NCBI GenBank assembly: GCA_963799845.1
Contig: CAWCYI010000004.1
Coordinates: 1,344,001-1,408,000, forward strand
DNA from: an uncultured Nitrososphaerota archaeon
GTDB lineage: Archaea > Thermoproteota > Nitrososphaeria > Nitrososphaerales > CADDZS01
DNA length: 64,000 nt
Direction: 5' to 3'
Shown piece after piece: positions 28,340 to 37,630 of this stretch (within the stretch, counting starts at the first letter, position 1; each line of letters opens with the position of its first letter). Both the position numbers and the translations under genes were made by a program. The notes below the pieces were generated by a model, which was not told the DNA's origin, ran no database searches, and was given only the letters and a program-made list of their open reading frames with translations.

Positions 28340-29113
28340 CTAGGGACGTTTCTTTATTCCGGCAGTACGGCCACCGTCTACGGCTATCGTGACGCCGGTC
28401 ACATATGACGCCTCGTCAGAAGCCAGGAAAGCTGCTACGGCCGCAATCTCTTTTGGTTCAGCAAGTCTCCCCATAGGCACTATACCTATCCATGCCTCCC
28501 TTTCCGCAGGAGTCATTGAAGCCTCCATGAATGATTTGAGCAGCGGAGTTGCAGTACCTCCGGGACAGATGCAATTTGCCCTAACATTCTTGGAGCCAAA
28601 GTCCTGGGCGACCGATTTTGTCAGAGCTATGATCCCGGCCTTTGATACTTCATAGGCGGTCTGGCTCACGGGCCCAGCTTCAATTCCCGAAGCGGAACCT
28701 GTGTTGATGATGGATCCGCCGCCACCGTTAATCATAACGGGAATTGCATACTTGCACCCAAGGAAGTAACTCTTCAGGTTTACGCGCATCACGCTGTCCC
28801 AATCTTCAAGAGATGTTTCCACGCAAGTACCTACGGGATTGATTCCGACATTGTTCATAAGAATATCGAGCTTCCCGTACTTCTGAACTGTATCAGCGAT
28901 CATATGATCCACTTCTCTGACCGATGTTACATCAGTATGAACATATCCCGCTCTTTTACCATGATTTGTAATATCTTCCACTACCTTGAGCCCAGCTTCA
29001 TCATTGATGTCAGCAATTACCACCGTCGCACCCTCGACAGCAAATTTGTGTGCGCAGGCTGTGCCGATTCCCGAAGATCCGCCAGTGATGATTGCTATTT
29101 TGCCAGTTAACAT
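28340..29113 (-). CDS. SDR family oxidoreductase
   Basis: TGGSSGIG, NNVG, YEVSK, VDGG. Confidence 0.92.
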   Translation of the reverse strand: MLTGKIAIITGGSSGIGTACAHKFAVEGATVVIADINDEAGLKVVEDITNHGKRAGYVHTDVTSVREVDHMIADTVQKYGKLDILMNNVGINPVGTCVETSLEDWDSVMRVNLKSYFLGCKYAIPVMINGGGGSIINTGSASGIEAGPVSQTAYEVSKAGIIALTKSVAQDFGSKNVRANCICPGGTATPLLKSFMEASMTPAEREAWIGIVPMGRLAEPKEIAAVAAFLASDEASYVTGVTIAVDGGRTAGIKKRP

Positions 29114-29300
29114 GATGTCTGTGCATTACGCGGCTCTTTAAAAAATAAATCCCGTGTAAAGCCCGATTCCGTGAAGAGTCTTCGTTCCGACCCAAGATTC
29201 ACTGCTTTCTTGAAAAGACTGGACTCGAAGCTTAGTAAAGGGGTATCAAAACGCTCGATTGCTCCAAAATGCGAACCTTTGCTCTTTGCCTATTTGCACA

Positions 29301-29350
29301 TTTTTACTAGTAAATTGGGGTTCAAATCCCACATCTCGTACTCGGGATTA
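29301..29350 (+). repeat. REP-like repeat family 1 copy
   Basis: 34 bp identical to 30962-30995. Confidence 0.9.
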
Positions 29351-29523
29351 CGGCAAACCAGAATGGCAAAGACCATTAGTCATGAATCTTCCAATAAATA
29401 TCGCTACTGCGATGTGATCATGGTACCGAGTTTAATACCCTAAAATATCCACGTAAGCAACGGATAGATCCCTAGAATGGAGTTTTACATCCGAAATTCA
29501 AAATTTGAAGAGATAAGATTTCG

Positions 29524-29832
29524 ATGATGAACGAAGGTTATAGGCTATGCTCGGGATGCAATAGGGAGATAATGGTCTCATCCAGAGGTTTGTTTCTACC
29601 TCATAAAAACAAGAAAAAGAAAATTGTTTGTCCTATGTCTAGCAAAGCGCCTAATTATGACATATGTGATTTATGCGGAAAGAAAATTGCAAATCCTGAC
29701 AATAAAACAAGATATTGTTCAGAAGACTGTGAGAAAAGAGATTCTCGTCGTTCCTTAATGCCTGTTAATCAGGAGATCTCCAAAAGAAAAATCAAGGCGT
29801 TAAAATTTTCAAACCCTCTTTACTTTGACTGA
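29524..29832 (+). CDS. Small Cys-rich (double zinc-finger) hypothetical protein
   Basis: CSGC..H..C and CDLC..YCSEDC; AT-rich. Confidence 0.55.
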   Translation: MMNEGYRLCSGCNREIMVSSRGLFLPHKNKKKKIVCPMSSKAPNYDICDLCGKKIANPDNKTRYCSEDCEKRDSRRSLMPVNQEISKRKIKALKFSNPLYFD

Positions 29833-29881
29833 GGGCTAAAGTCGTGGAGTAGGCCGGATTCTAACCTACTTCGATTCGATA

Positions 29882-29935
29882 TTTTACCAGTAAATTCGCG
29901 CTCTAATTTAGCCAAAAGTGGCGGGATTAGTAAAA
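29882..29935 (+). repeat. REP-like repeat family 1, degenerate copy
   Basis: TTTTACCAGTAAATTC ... CGGGATTAGTAAAA. Confidence 0.5.
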
Positions 29936-30219
29936 AGTGCTCTGAACTCGATATACGAAGTATCACGTTCGCTTGCTTCTTAGTCTTAAAATCGAGTCCC
30001 TAGATAATCGGACTTAGCGCCGCAGACTTTCTGGCTCGTACCTTCGATAGGCTTCGTAGTTTCGACGCTGGGAGTTAGTACGGCATGAATCTTACTCGCT
30101 TGAAGAAGTGCAGAATATCCTCGCTTGAGGAATTTCAGTAGTCAATATTCTTCTCTTAAAGCAGCGAAGGATATAATCAAAAAAATTGAAGAAGAGGCTC
30201 CAGCAAAGCCGGTGATATT

Positions 30220-30798
30220 ATGAGAAAAATTTTCTTGTATATGACAATGACCTTCGATGGTTGCATTTCAGCACCTAATGGGGAACTTGACTGGTTTGAC
30301 CCATCAAAAGCAGACAAAGAGATGCATGATGACATAATAGGGATAGTTAGCAGTGCTGACAGCTGGATGATGGGATATCCGACAGGTCCAGGCCTGATAG
30401 CTTACTGGAAAAATGTTGAGAACGAGGGAAGGGCTGACAAATGGGAAATGGAAATTGCCACGGCGGTAAACAAGTTACGAATAATCATAATTTCAAACAA
30501 ACCAGAAAAGTCCGTAAATAGTGCAGAACTTATCGTAGCAAAAAATGACAAGGAGCTAGTCGATGCGGTCATGAAAATAAAACAGAGCAACGGGGGCGAC
30601 ATATACGTACCTGGTGGTGTGCGCACCGCGCAGAACTTCTCAAGGGTTGGACTGATAGATGAATACATCATAATGGTGCATCCGGTCGCAATAGGAGAAG
30701 GCAAGCACCTGTTTACGAACGAGAAAAAACTAGAGCTGATGAACGTAAAGCCGTACAAATCTGGGGTAGTGCAGATGCGCTACCGTCCTCGAAGCTAG
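30220..30798 (+). CDS. RibD C-terminal/dihydrofolate reductase family protein
   Basis: MTFDG.I..P.G.LDW, GG, LIDEY...VHP...GEG..LF. Confidence 0.88.
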   Translation: MRKIFLYMTMTFDGCISAPNGELDWFDPSKADKEMHDDIIGIVSSADSWMMGYPTGPGLIAYWKNVENEGRADKWEMEIATAVNKLRIIIISNKPEKSVNSAELIVAKNDKELVDAVMKIKQSNGGDIYVPGGVRTAQNFSRVGLIDEYIIMVHPVAIGEGKHLFTNEKKLELMNVKPYKSGVVQMRYRPRS

Positions 30799-30961
30799 TT
30801 ACCTTGTTGCAGTGTTCGCAACCGCAACCAATCCACTTCGGCATCATGTTCAACAGAGCGGAGGCATCTCCCATGAAGACCTGTCCGATAAAGATCGGTA
30901 GTGGCGTGTATCGATAGTCCGCTATTGAGCACATCTCTTGAAGATTTACAATCGGGTTGTA

Positions 30962-31020
30962 TTTTTACTAGTAAATTGGGGTTCAAATCCCACATTCCGC
31001 CTATGGGATTTACTAGTAAA
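30962..31020 (+). repeat. REP-like repeat family 1, best copy
   Basis: Two perfect TTTACTAGTAAA palindromes (30964-30975, 31009-31020) around an AAATCCCA/TGGGATTT hairpin. Confidence 0.92.
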
Positions 31021-31152
31021 ACCAAAGGTGTAGCTGAAGTTGTTCACACTGTCAGTAAACCAGGCGCAGACATCGCTTTAGGTTCTCTGCAGATACTAAC
31101 TTCTCTCCCTGTCTCAGTGTGCGGTCTGCGGAACATGATGGTCAGATAAAGC

Positions 31153-31888
31153 TTACTTCCACTTTGTCAATATCTCTTCTCGTTTGAAAGTGGATTTACT
31201 CACAAAAAAGAGAAGCAAATCAAAAAGCAGCACAACAACAGAAATGATCAGAAGAGTATCGATGTCGAGCGAAATAATCCCTTCCACCCCAGCAAGGAAG
31301 ACCCCCATGAATGGAATGAACATGAGGCTCCCGATCTGGTTTGCGCCTCGAACATCGTTGACCCGAGCCGATACAATTACTCCCAGTTCAATACTTAAGA
31401 TCGCTGCAAGCGGGGCTATCAGGATAAGCATCACCCCGGAATTCCAATTTGGGAAATAATAGTACGACAACAAATTGTAGGTCATGTAATCCGTTACTGC
31501 CATGAAGACAGAAGCTGCCGCCCAAATTGAAAGCATGGGTGGCAGAAATGCAGCGATGCCTTTTCCCAAGAGGATTTCATCATCCGTAATCGGAGCTGCA
31601 AGTAACGGTTCCAGGCTCTTCTCAATTTTTTCGCCCACAATGCTGTACGCCGCGATCGAGCTGGGAACGATTGCTGCCAAAACAACATAGAAGTAAGTAA
31701 GTGATTCGAGACCCAGTTGATAATTCGAGGAGATCCCCGAAGATTGCGCTATATCGCTCTTAACTACGAGTAAGAAACCGATTGACAGGAAGAAGGGAAA
31801 CAAAATTGTATAAAGAATAATACTCTTCTTTCTCCGGATCACTTTCAACTCCTTTTTCAGCTATCTTCCAAGGCATCCACATGCTCAT
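31153..31888 (-). CDS. ABC-2 type permease (frameshift near 5' end)
   Basis: SIVGEKIEKSLEPLLAAP..EILLGK; ATG overlaps the ATPase stop. Confidence 0.85.
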
Positions 31889-32818
31889 CATGCATCCTCC
31901 TTCACGAGCTTGAGATAAGCATCTTCCAAGGTACTGCCTAACACTGTGACAGTCTGGATGCGGCCTCCCGCCCCAATGATTGCGTTCACTATGTCAGGAT
32001 TCTCTTCCTCTGGATTTTCTACATCAATCGTTACCTTGTTGCCTTCTTTCGCGACGTTTTTGACCTTCAATTTTCTCAGTGAATTCAGAATCGTTTCGCT
32101 CACCTGCTTCAATTGTATTACCGTCTTTCTTCCGTGTATAGATCGTTCAAGTTCCTCCGGGGTGCCTATCGCCATGAGCTTGGTATTCAAAATGCCAATC
32201 CTATCGCAGACTCTCTGCGCCTCGTCGAGGTTGTGGGTGTTTAGAAAAATGGTCTTCTTCTCCTTCTTCAGCTCAAGGATGAATTCCCTCACCGTCTTTG
32301 CAGACTCGGGGTCGAGATTCGCTGTGGGCTCATCCATGAAAATTATCTCGGGGTCATGGATCAGGGCGCGAGCTATCGCTAGCTTTTGCTTCATCCCCTT
32401 CGAGAACGTCCCCGCTAGAGCATCTTTCTTTTCCCATAGTCCGAACAGCTTGAGGAAGTACTCGTTGCGCTCTTTCCGCTGGGAATCGGTCCGCCTGTAC
32501 AGAATTCCATAGTAGTCCAAATTCTCGTAAGCGGTCAGTGACTCGTAAAGACCCACGTTATCCGGAACGAGCCCGATGATCTTTCTGATCTTCATGGCAT
32601 CTTGCAATCGGCCAATTTCATAATCGCCAATCCTGGCGCCTCCGCTCGTCTTGGATATCAGGCAACAAAGCATCCTCACCGTGGTCGTCTTACCCGCTCC
32701 ATTTGGTCCTAGAAAGCCGAAGATTTCTCCTTCGTTCACTTTGAAAGTTACGGAATCAACCGCAGTTAGATTACCGAACTTCTTTGTGAGGTTCTCAGTC
32801 TCGATTATGATAACCCAC
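31888..32818 (-). CDS. ABC transporter ATP-binding protein
   Basis: GPNGAGKT, FSKGMKQK, MDEP; frame extends upstream to IETENLTKKFG. Confidence 0.92.
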
Positions 32819-33204
32819 CGCGATATTTCTCGGAACTAACAAAATCATCCCTTTTTTCTGGATTGCTATTGAAAGTGGCGAAAAGGAACGATGCCTGAAA
32901 AGCGGGTCGGTGAGGCTGGCAAGGATAACGTAGTGAACGGTAGTGAAAAAAGTCACGATTTCGGCGAGCTGACTCCGTAAATCGCTAGGATATTGCCTGA
33001 ACGCTGCCATGTCCGTGTGCTTAGGTAGGAACATCCACATCTGCATAGACCTTTCGTTTCACAGATCGAGGATTCATTCGAAAAGGATTTTGCGCGGACC
33101 TACTGCTAGTAGAGGGCAATCCAATCACAGACATAAAGTCAACTCGGAATATTGTGAATGTTTGGAGGTTAGGCATCCCAGTCCACGAGGATAGATTAGG
33201 TGAA

Positions 33205-33254
33205 TTTTTTACTAGTAAATCGGGGTTCAAATCCCACATTCCGCGCATGGAATC
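33205..33254 (+). repeat. REP-like repeat family 1 copy
   Basis: TTTTTTACTAGTAAATCGGGGTTCAAATCCCACATTCCGC. Confidence 0.9.
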
Positions 33255-33289
33255 ATTCGTACTTTGAATTTACTCCCATGCCGTTCTGG

Positions 33290-33742
33290 AAGAAGAGGCG
33301 TTTGCCTTCACTGTGTTGAAGTTTGCTGGTGCTGCTTATCTCACCTACCTAGGGATCCGGACATTGCTTTCCATAAGGAAGGAGAAACGCTTCACTACAG
33401 ACGAAGTAAAGATCCCAGACAAATGGTTTCACAATCGTGGGCAGGATTAATTCACCTTTCCTCCAAGGACTCTTCAGCGACGTCCTCAATCCCAAGACTG
33501 CGATCGTTTTTACCAGTCTCATAGTACAGTTCGTGACTCCAGGGCCCTTGGTCGCGATTGAGTCTGCCTCGTTAGGTGCGATCTTCTCAATCATGGCCCT
33601 CGGCTGGTTTGTGTTCTTTTCAATATCAATCGGTGCGACCGGAAAGTTGCTTACTCTCCCGCGCGTCAAGAAGGCATTGGATGCCATGACGGGTCTTGTC
33701 TTGATAGGTCTTGGCATCAAGGTACCAACAGAATCACGCTAG
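33290..33742 (+). pseudogene. LysE translocator remnant
   Basis: FTVLKFAGAAYLTYLG, then FLQGLFSDVLNPK in another frame; N-terminus missing. Confidence 0.7.
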
Positions 33743-33881
33743 CGGACGGAGAGAGTACTCACTCGAATATTACTTCTTTCTTTTAGTTAGGGCGGCGACT
33801 GGAATGATTCTTTTGGTCTTGCGTTGATATTCCGCGAACCCGGGGTATAACTTGGCTTGACGCGCGTATAGGGTGTCATGT

Positions 33882-34001
33882 TCAGGGCTTTTGATCTCTT
33901 CCGCATGCACATTCCCAGATGCCCGGCCAATAATTCGCTAAATAATAGTTGTCAGTGCGGACCTCAAAGCGGCCAGCAGGGCAAAACGCATTACCGTGCA
34001 T
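33882..34001 (-). CDS. Possible 39-aa Cys-containing small protein
   Basis: MHGNAFCP...WECACG. Confidence 0.3.
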   Translation of the reverse strand: MHGNAFCPAGRFEVRTDNYYLANYWPGIWECACGRDQKP

Positions 34002-34029
34002 GGGCGCCCGAGGAATATTTCTGACATCA

Positions 34030-35397
34030 CTAGGATGATGAGAAATATATCTGATAAGAGGCCCCTCTGATAAACTGCCACACAGCATAGCAGTGCGTGC
34101 CGAATGCGGCAATCTCTCCCGTTGCGATGTCCTGTCCGTCTCCAGCTTGAGTTCCGCTCGGGTTCTGCGAGACATTGATTCCTGGTTGCGAGGACCAAGT
34201 TATTCCTCCATCTGCGCTGTACGAGACGCGAAATATCCAAGTAACGGGACTCGCGCTTGATTCTTGTGACCAAGCAACAAACACGTTCTGTCCATCAGAT
34301 GTAGCGACGTTATACGGGAAGACGGTAACTCCGCTCAATCCGCTTAAATCGACGGGGCTGTTCCACGTAGTTCCAGCGTTCGTAGTGGTGTACACGTACA
34401 CTTGGGAGAGTTTAGTCCCCGGATGTGTGTGGTCGGCAATCCAGGCCGAGTTTCCATACGCGTTTACCATCGGCGCCCATGAATTTTTGAGAGCGGGAGA
34501 AACTGTCCTCGAAATGTTGATCTGAGGACTCCAAGTTGCTCCATAATCATTGCTGTGCAGTTCGCCAACATTACATCCTCCTGAAGGAGAGCCACAGGGG
34601 CCTTTCGTTTCCGTCACTCCGTACACATTAGGACCGGATGCCGCAATCCAAGGCTCGGAAGGACAGCAATTGGGCACACTTGCAGACACGTTTACCCAGG
34701 ACACTCCGTTGTTTTTGCTTACAGAGAGTCCCTGACCTGCGATTGCATAAACATACTGACCACCCCACGCTGCGAGCTGCGGCTCGTGGAATGTGCTGTA
34801 TTCATGCGGCGTGCTCCATGTAGCACCTGCGTCCGTGCTCACTGTCACGAATGAATGTGAGTTTGAACCATCGGCGAAAGCAACGTAAACATTGTCTCCC
34901 CACGAAGCTATGACTGGCGTAATTGCCGGAAAACTTGTTTTGATCACCACGGGGGTGTTGAAGCTAGCACCAAAATTTGTGCTAGTTGCAACGGTCGCCT
35001 GAGCAACAGTTGATCCCTTTGGTTTTTGCGACCATACGACGTAAACGTTAGAACCATTCGCCGAAATCAATGGATACGCTGCGCCTCCCTTTGCCGATAT
35101 TGTCATTGGGGGCGATGCTAGAGGCGGGCTCCAAGTGACGCCACCGTCCGGGCTTGCTCGGAACTTTACCGTATTAGCTTCAAGCCAGGCGACATAAACA
35201 TTCGTGCCAACATTGAAAACATTCGGGTAGGTCGCTTTAGCGGAATCTGCACTGATGTTCACGGGGGTACCAAATGTCGGGCCCGCCGCGGAGACAGGTC
35301 TTAAATTGGTAGTACTTAGGAAACTCGCAAGAATTAGAAACGTGCCAAGGGTGACTATGGTTTTGTTTAGTCTGAATCTTTTGTTATTCATTAACAT
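34030..35397 (-). CDS. Secreted BNR/Asp-box (sialidase-fold) beta-propeller protein
   Basis: Signal peptide; repeated SxDGGxTW boxes (SPDGGVTW, STDAGATW, SNDYGATW, SADGGITW). Confidence 0.85.
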   Translation of the reverse strand: MLMNNKRFRLNKTIVTLGTFLILASFLSTTNLRPVSAAGPTFGTPVNISADSAKATYPNVFNVGTNVYVAWLEANTVKFRASPDGGVTWSPPLASPPMTISAKGGAAYPLISANGSNVYVVWSQKPKGSTVAQATVATSTNFGASFNTPVVIKTSFPAITPVIASWGDNVYVAFADGSNSHSFVTVSTDAGATWSTPHEYSTFHEPQLAAWGGQYVYAIAGQGLSVSKNNGVSWVNVSASVPNCCPSEPWIAASGPNVYGVTETKGPCGSPSGGCNVGELHSNDYGATWSPQINISRTVSPALKNSWAPMVNAYGNSAWIADHTHPGTKLSQVYVYTTTNAGTTWNSPVDLSGLSGVTVFPYNVATSDGQNVFVAWSQESSASPVTWIFRVSYSADGGITWSSQPGINVSQNPSGTQAGDGQDIATGEIAAFGTHCYAVWQFIRGASYQIYFSSS

Positions 35398-35694
35398 GGG
35401 TTCTACGTATGGAATTTGGGACGCTATAAATAAACGATATATCGACTTTTGATATAACATTGATATATCTCATTGGCCCGTCGAAACAACCCGCTTAATT
35501 GGCCCAAGGAGATTAGGGAATTTACAATTGCTCTTTGAAAATATTCTCCAAATTTCACCCAGGTGATCATTTTGAACGAAGAACCAGATTCAAATTGTAA
35601 ATGGACCTAACAATTTGAAACAAGCTTAGTTCAGTTCGTTATCGTTTAATTTCAAGTTTTTAGCTCTCTTTTTTAAAAAATCTCAGTTCATCAC

Positions 35695-36045
35695 TCACTC
35701 GAACACTTCTATTCCCACGCTCTTCTTAATCAATGGCGAGAACTTGCCGTTGAAGGTGGTAGCCTGCACGCGCTTATCGTCGATGTAGTGATAGTTGCCG
35801 CCGCGCGGTTTTCCGAAAATTATTTTGTGGTACTTGAAGCCGTGCAACTTCAGCCACGTCTCCGTGATCTCCCGGTGCTCTTCCAGCCTTGCTGTGAAAA
35901 AGCAGATGTAATCTTTTGAATCGTAATGGGAATTTATCCACGCCTTCGCCCCTCTAATTTCTTCGGCGGTAGCCATCAAATCCGGTCTTTCGTTTTCTAC
36001 GTGGGTACAAACTACTCCGTCAATGTCGATCATGTAATTTTTCAA
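35695..36045 (-). CDS. Small HAD-superfamily phosphatase
   Basis: IDIDG, FTAR, GKPRG, YIDD. Confidence 0.8.
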   Translation of the reverse strand: MKNYMIDIDGVVCTHVENERPDLMATAEEIRGAKAWINSHYDSKDYICFFTARLEEHREITETWLKLHGFKYHKIIFGKPRGGNYHYIDDKRVQATTFNGKFSPLIKKSVGIEVFE

Positions 36046-36315
36046 TTTGCACAGAACCCCAAAAAAGCTTGACAAGGGCGTTGATTCCAGGGCTATATAC
36101 CAATCTCCCGGAAACGAAGACTTGGCTTGACAAAAAAAAGTCGACAGATAATCCCACATCACCCTCTCCTTCCAACAAAGATCATGCGTATTCTACGGTC
36201 AGACAGGCCAACCACAAAACTCCCAACTAAATTGACTTTTTTTTGTGAAATGGAAAATTGCTATACTTTTCTTCCCATAACTGCTTAATTACCGGGTGTT
36301 GCCTTTACGCAACTC

Positions 36316-36708
36316 ATGGACAGCATAGTTCACTTCGAAATTCCTGCGGACGATCCGAAGCGTGCGGGCGAGTTTTACACCAAGGCCTTTGGCTGGAATG
36401 TAATGGCAATGCCAGAGATGAATTACACAATGATTTCAACGACCCCTTCTGACGAAAATGGGATGCCGACAAAGCCAGGAGCAATCAACGGCGGGATGCC
36501 AAAACGAGGGATGGGAGTCGAGCATACCGTTGTGACAATCCAGGTGCAAAGCATCGAGGATGCGCTTACGAGGATTGAGAAACTCGGCGGGAAGAAAGTT
36601 TCCGACAAGATGCCGGTAGGGGACATGGGTTTCGCGGCGTACTTCAAGGACACCGAAGGAAACGTAGTGGGCCTCTGGCAGCCTGCGATGATGCCAGGTC
36701 AGATTTAG
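36316..36708 (+). CDS. VOC family protein
   Basis: VHFEIP, FYTKAFGW, DTEGNVVGLW. Confidence 0.9.
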   Translation: MDSIVHFEIPADDPKRAGEFYTKAFGWNVMAMPEMNYTMISTTPSDENGMPTKPGAINGGMPKRGMGVEHTVVTIQVQSIEDALTRIEKLGGKKVSDKMPVGDMGFAAYFKDTEGNVVGLWQPAMMPGQI

Positions 36709-36790
36709 ACGCCTAACTCGATCGGACTTGTTCGTAAGTTCGATCAACCTATCTTTTTTCTACTGAATTGTTTTCTCGGAGATAAATTGA

Positions 36791-37246
36791 ATGCCTGATT
36801 GGAAGGTCTCTGCCCCAAAAAGCGATGATGAATATTTTGAGCGCATGACAAAAGCCCTGTTCCAGGCCGGTCTAAACTGGAAGATGATCGATGACAAGTG
36901 GCCAAATTTTGAAAAGGCATTTGCGGGGTTTTCGATTCCCAAGGTGGCGAAATTCGGCGACAAACAAATTGGAAATCTAATGGAAAATCAAGGCATCGTC
37001 CGAAACGAAAGAAAAATCAGGTCAACGATTTACAACGCGCAACAATCGCTTCTAATCGAGAAAGAATTCGGCTCGTTCAAGGATTATTTCCGGTCGTTCG
37101 GAAAGGACCATGCAAAGCTAATGGAGGATCTCCAAACGAGATTCAAGCACTTGGGGGAATCCAGCTCGAGGACTTTTCTCTGGATGACTGGAGTTAAGCT
37201 CGAACCCACTGCTGAAGAAAAGCGGTGGATGGCGAATAACTCCTAA
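36791..37246 (+). CDS. DNA-3-methyladenine glycosylase I family protein
   Basis: FQAGLNW, GIVRNERKI, FKHLG. Confidence 0.85.
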   Translation: MPDWKVSAPKSDDEYFERMTKALFQAGLNWKMIDDKWPNFEKAFAGFSIPKVAKFGDKQIGNLMENQGIVRNERKIRSTIYNAQQSLLIEKEFGSFKDYFRSFGKDHAKLMEDLQTRFKHLGESSSRTFLWMTGVKLEPTAEEKRWMANNS

Positions 37247-37254
37247 CTAGTTTT

Positions 37255-37500
37255 TCAGCGATTTTTCCCGACAATGAGCTCGGCAAGGTCGTGCGCAGCC
37301 TTCATCGCACGCTCGTACTGGGCTTCGAGCCTTTTTGCTCGCAGTCTGGACTCGCAGAGAGGGCATACAGATGCGCTGTTAATCATCGGGTACGATATCT
37401 TTACCTTTTCTTTTTCATGTTCGAAGCACTCAAGGTACTCTAATTGAAAAGCCAAGGACTGTTCTCTCCGTTTTTCTTGACATGTTAGAAGAATACCCAA
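37255..37500 (-). CDS. Small hypothetical protein
   Basis: CFEH...CPLC. Confidence 0.45.
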   Translation of the reverse strand: MGILLTCQEKRREQSLAFQLEYLECFEHEKEKVKISYPMINSASVCPLCESRLRAKRLEAQYERAMKAAHDLAELIVGKNR

Positions 37501-37630
37501 CTATTTAGCATGTAAGCAGTAATCATACAGAATGCAGGAACGTATATCGAATTCCAGATGAGAACAGGTATGATTGACTGGGAGCTTTCTAGGAGTGGAG
37601 AAACCATCCTCCACTCCTGATTTACGATTC

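Noticed and set aside
29301-29350. tRNA gene
   Set aside because: Only a T-loop-like motif; no D-arm, anticodon arm or acceptor stem.
30795-31149. ORFs sharing IFTSKLGFKSHI / MWDLNPNLLVK peptides (also 29171-29443 and 33021-33248)
   Set aside because: The shared peptides are only translations of the DNA repeat; flanks are unrelated.
27963-33254. Repeat family 1 as a CRISPR array or classical integron attC array
   Set aside because: Spacing is irregular (80 bp to over 2 kb); no cas or intI gene; no RYYYAAC/GTTRRRY boxes; intervening genes lie in both orientations.
35610-35670. Possible further copies of repeat family 2 (also 39750-39830)
   Set aside because: Only short motif similarity (TTGAAACAAGCT, CAGCTCG); cannot be aligned over length.
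36145-36165. AATCCCACATC fragment of repeat family 1
   Set aside because: 11-bp match without the palindromic core; may be chance.
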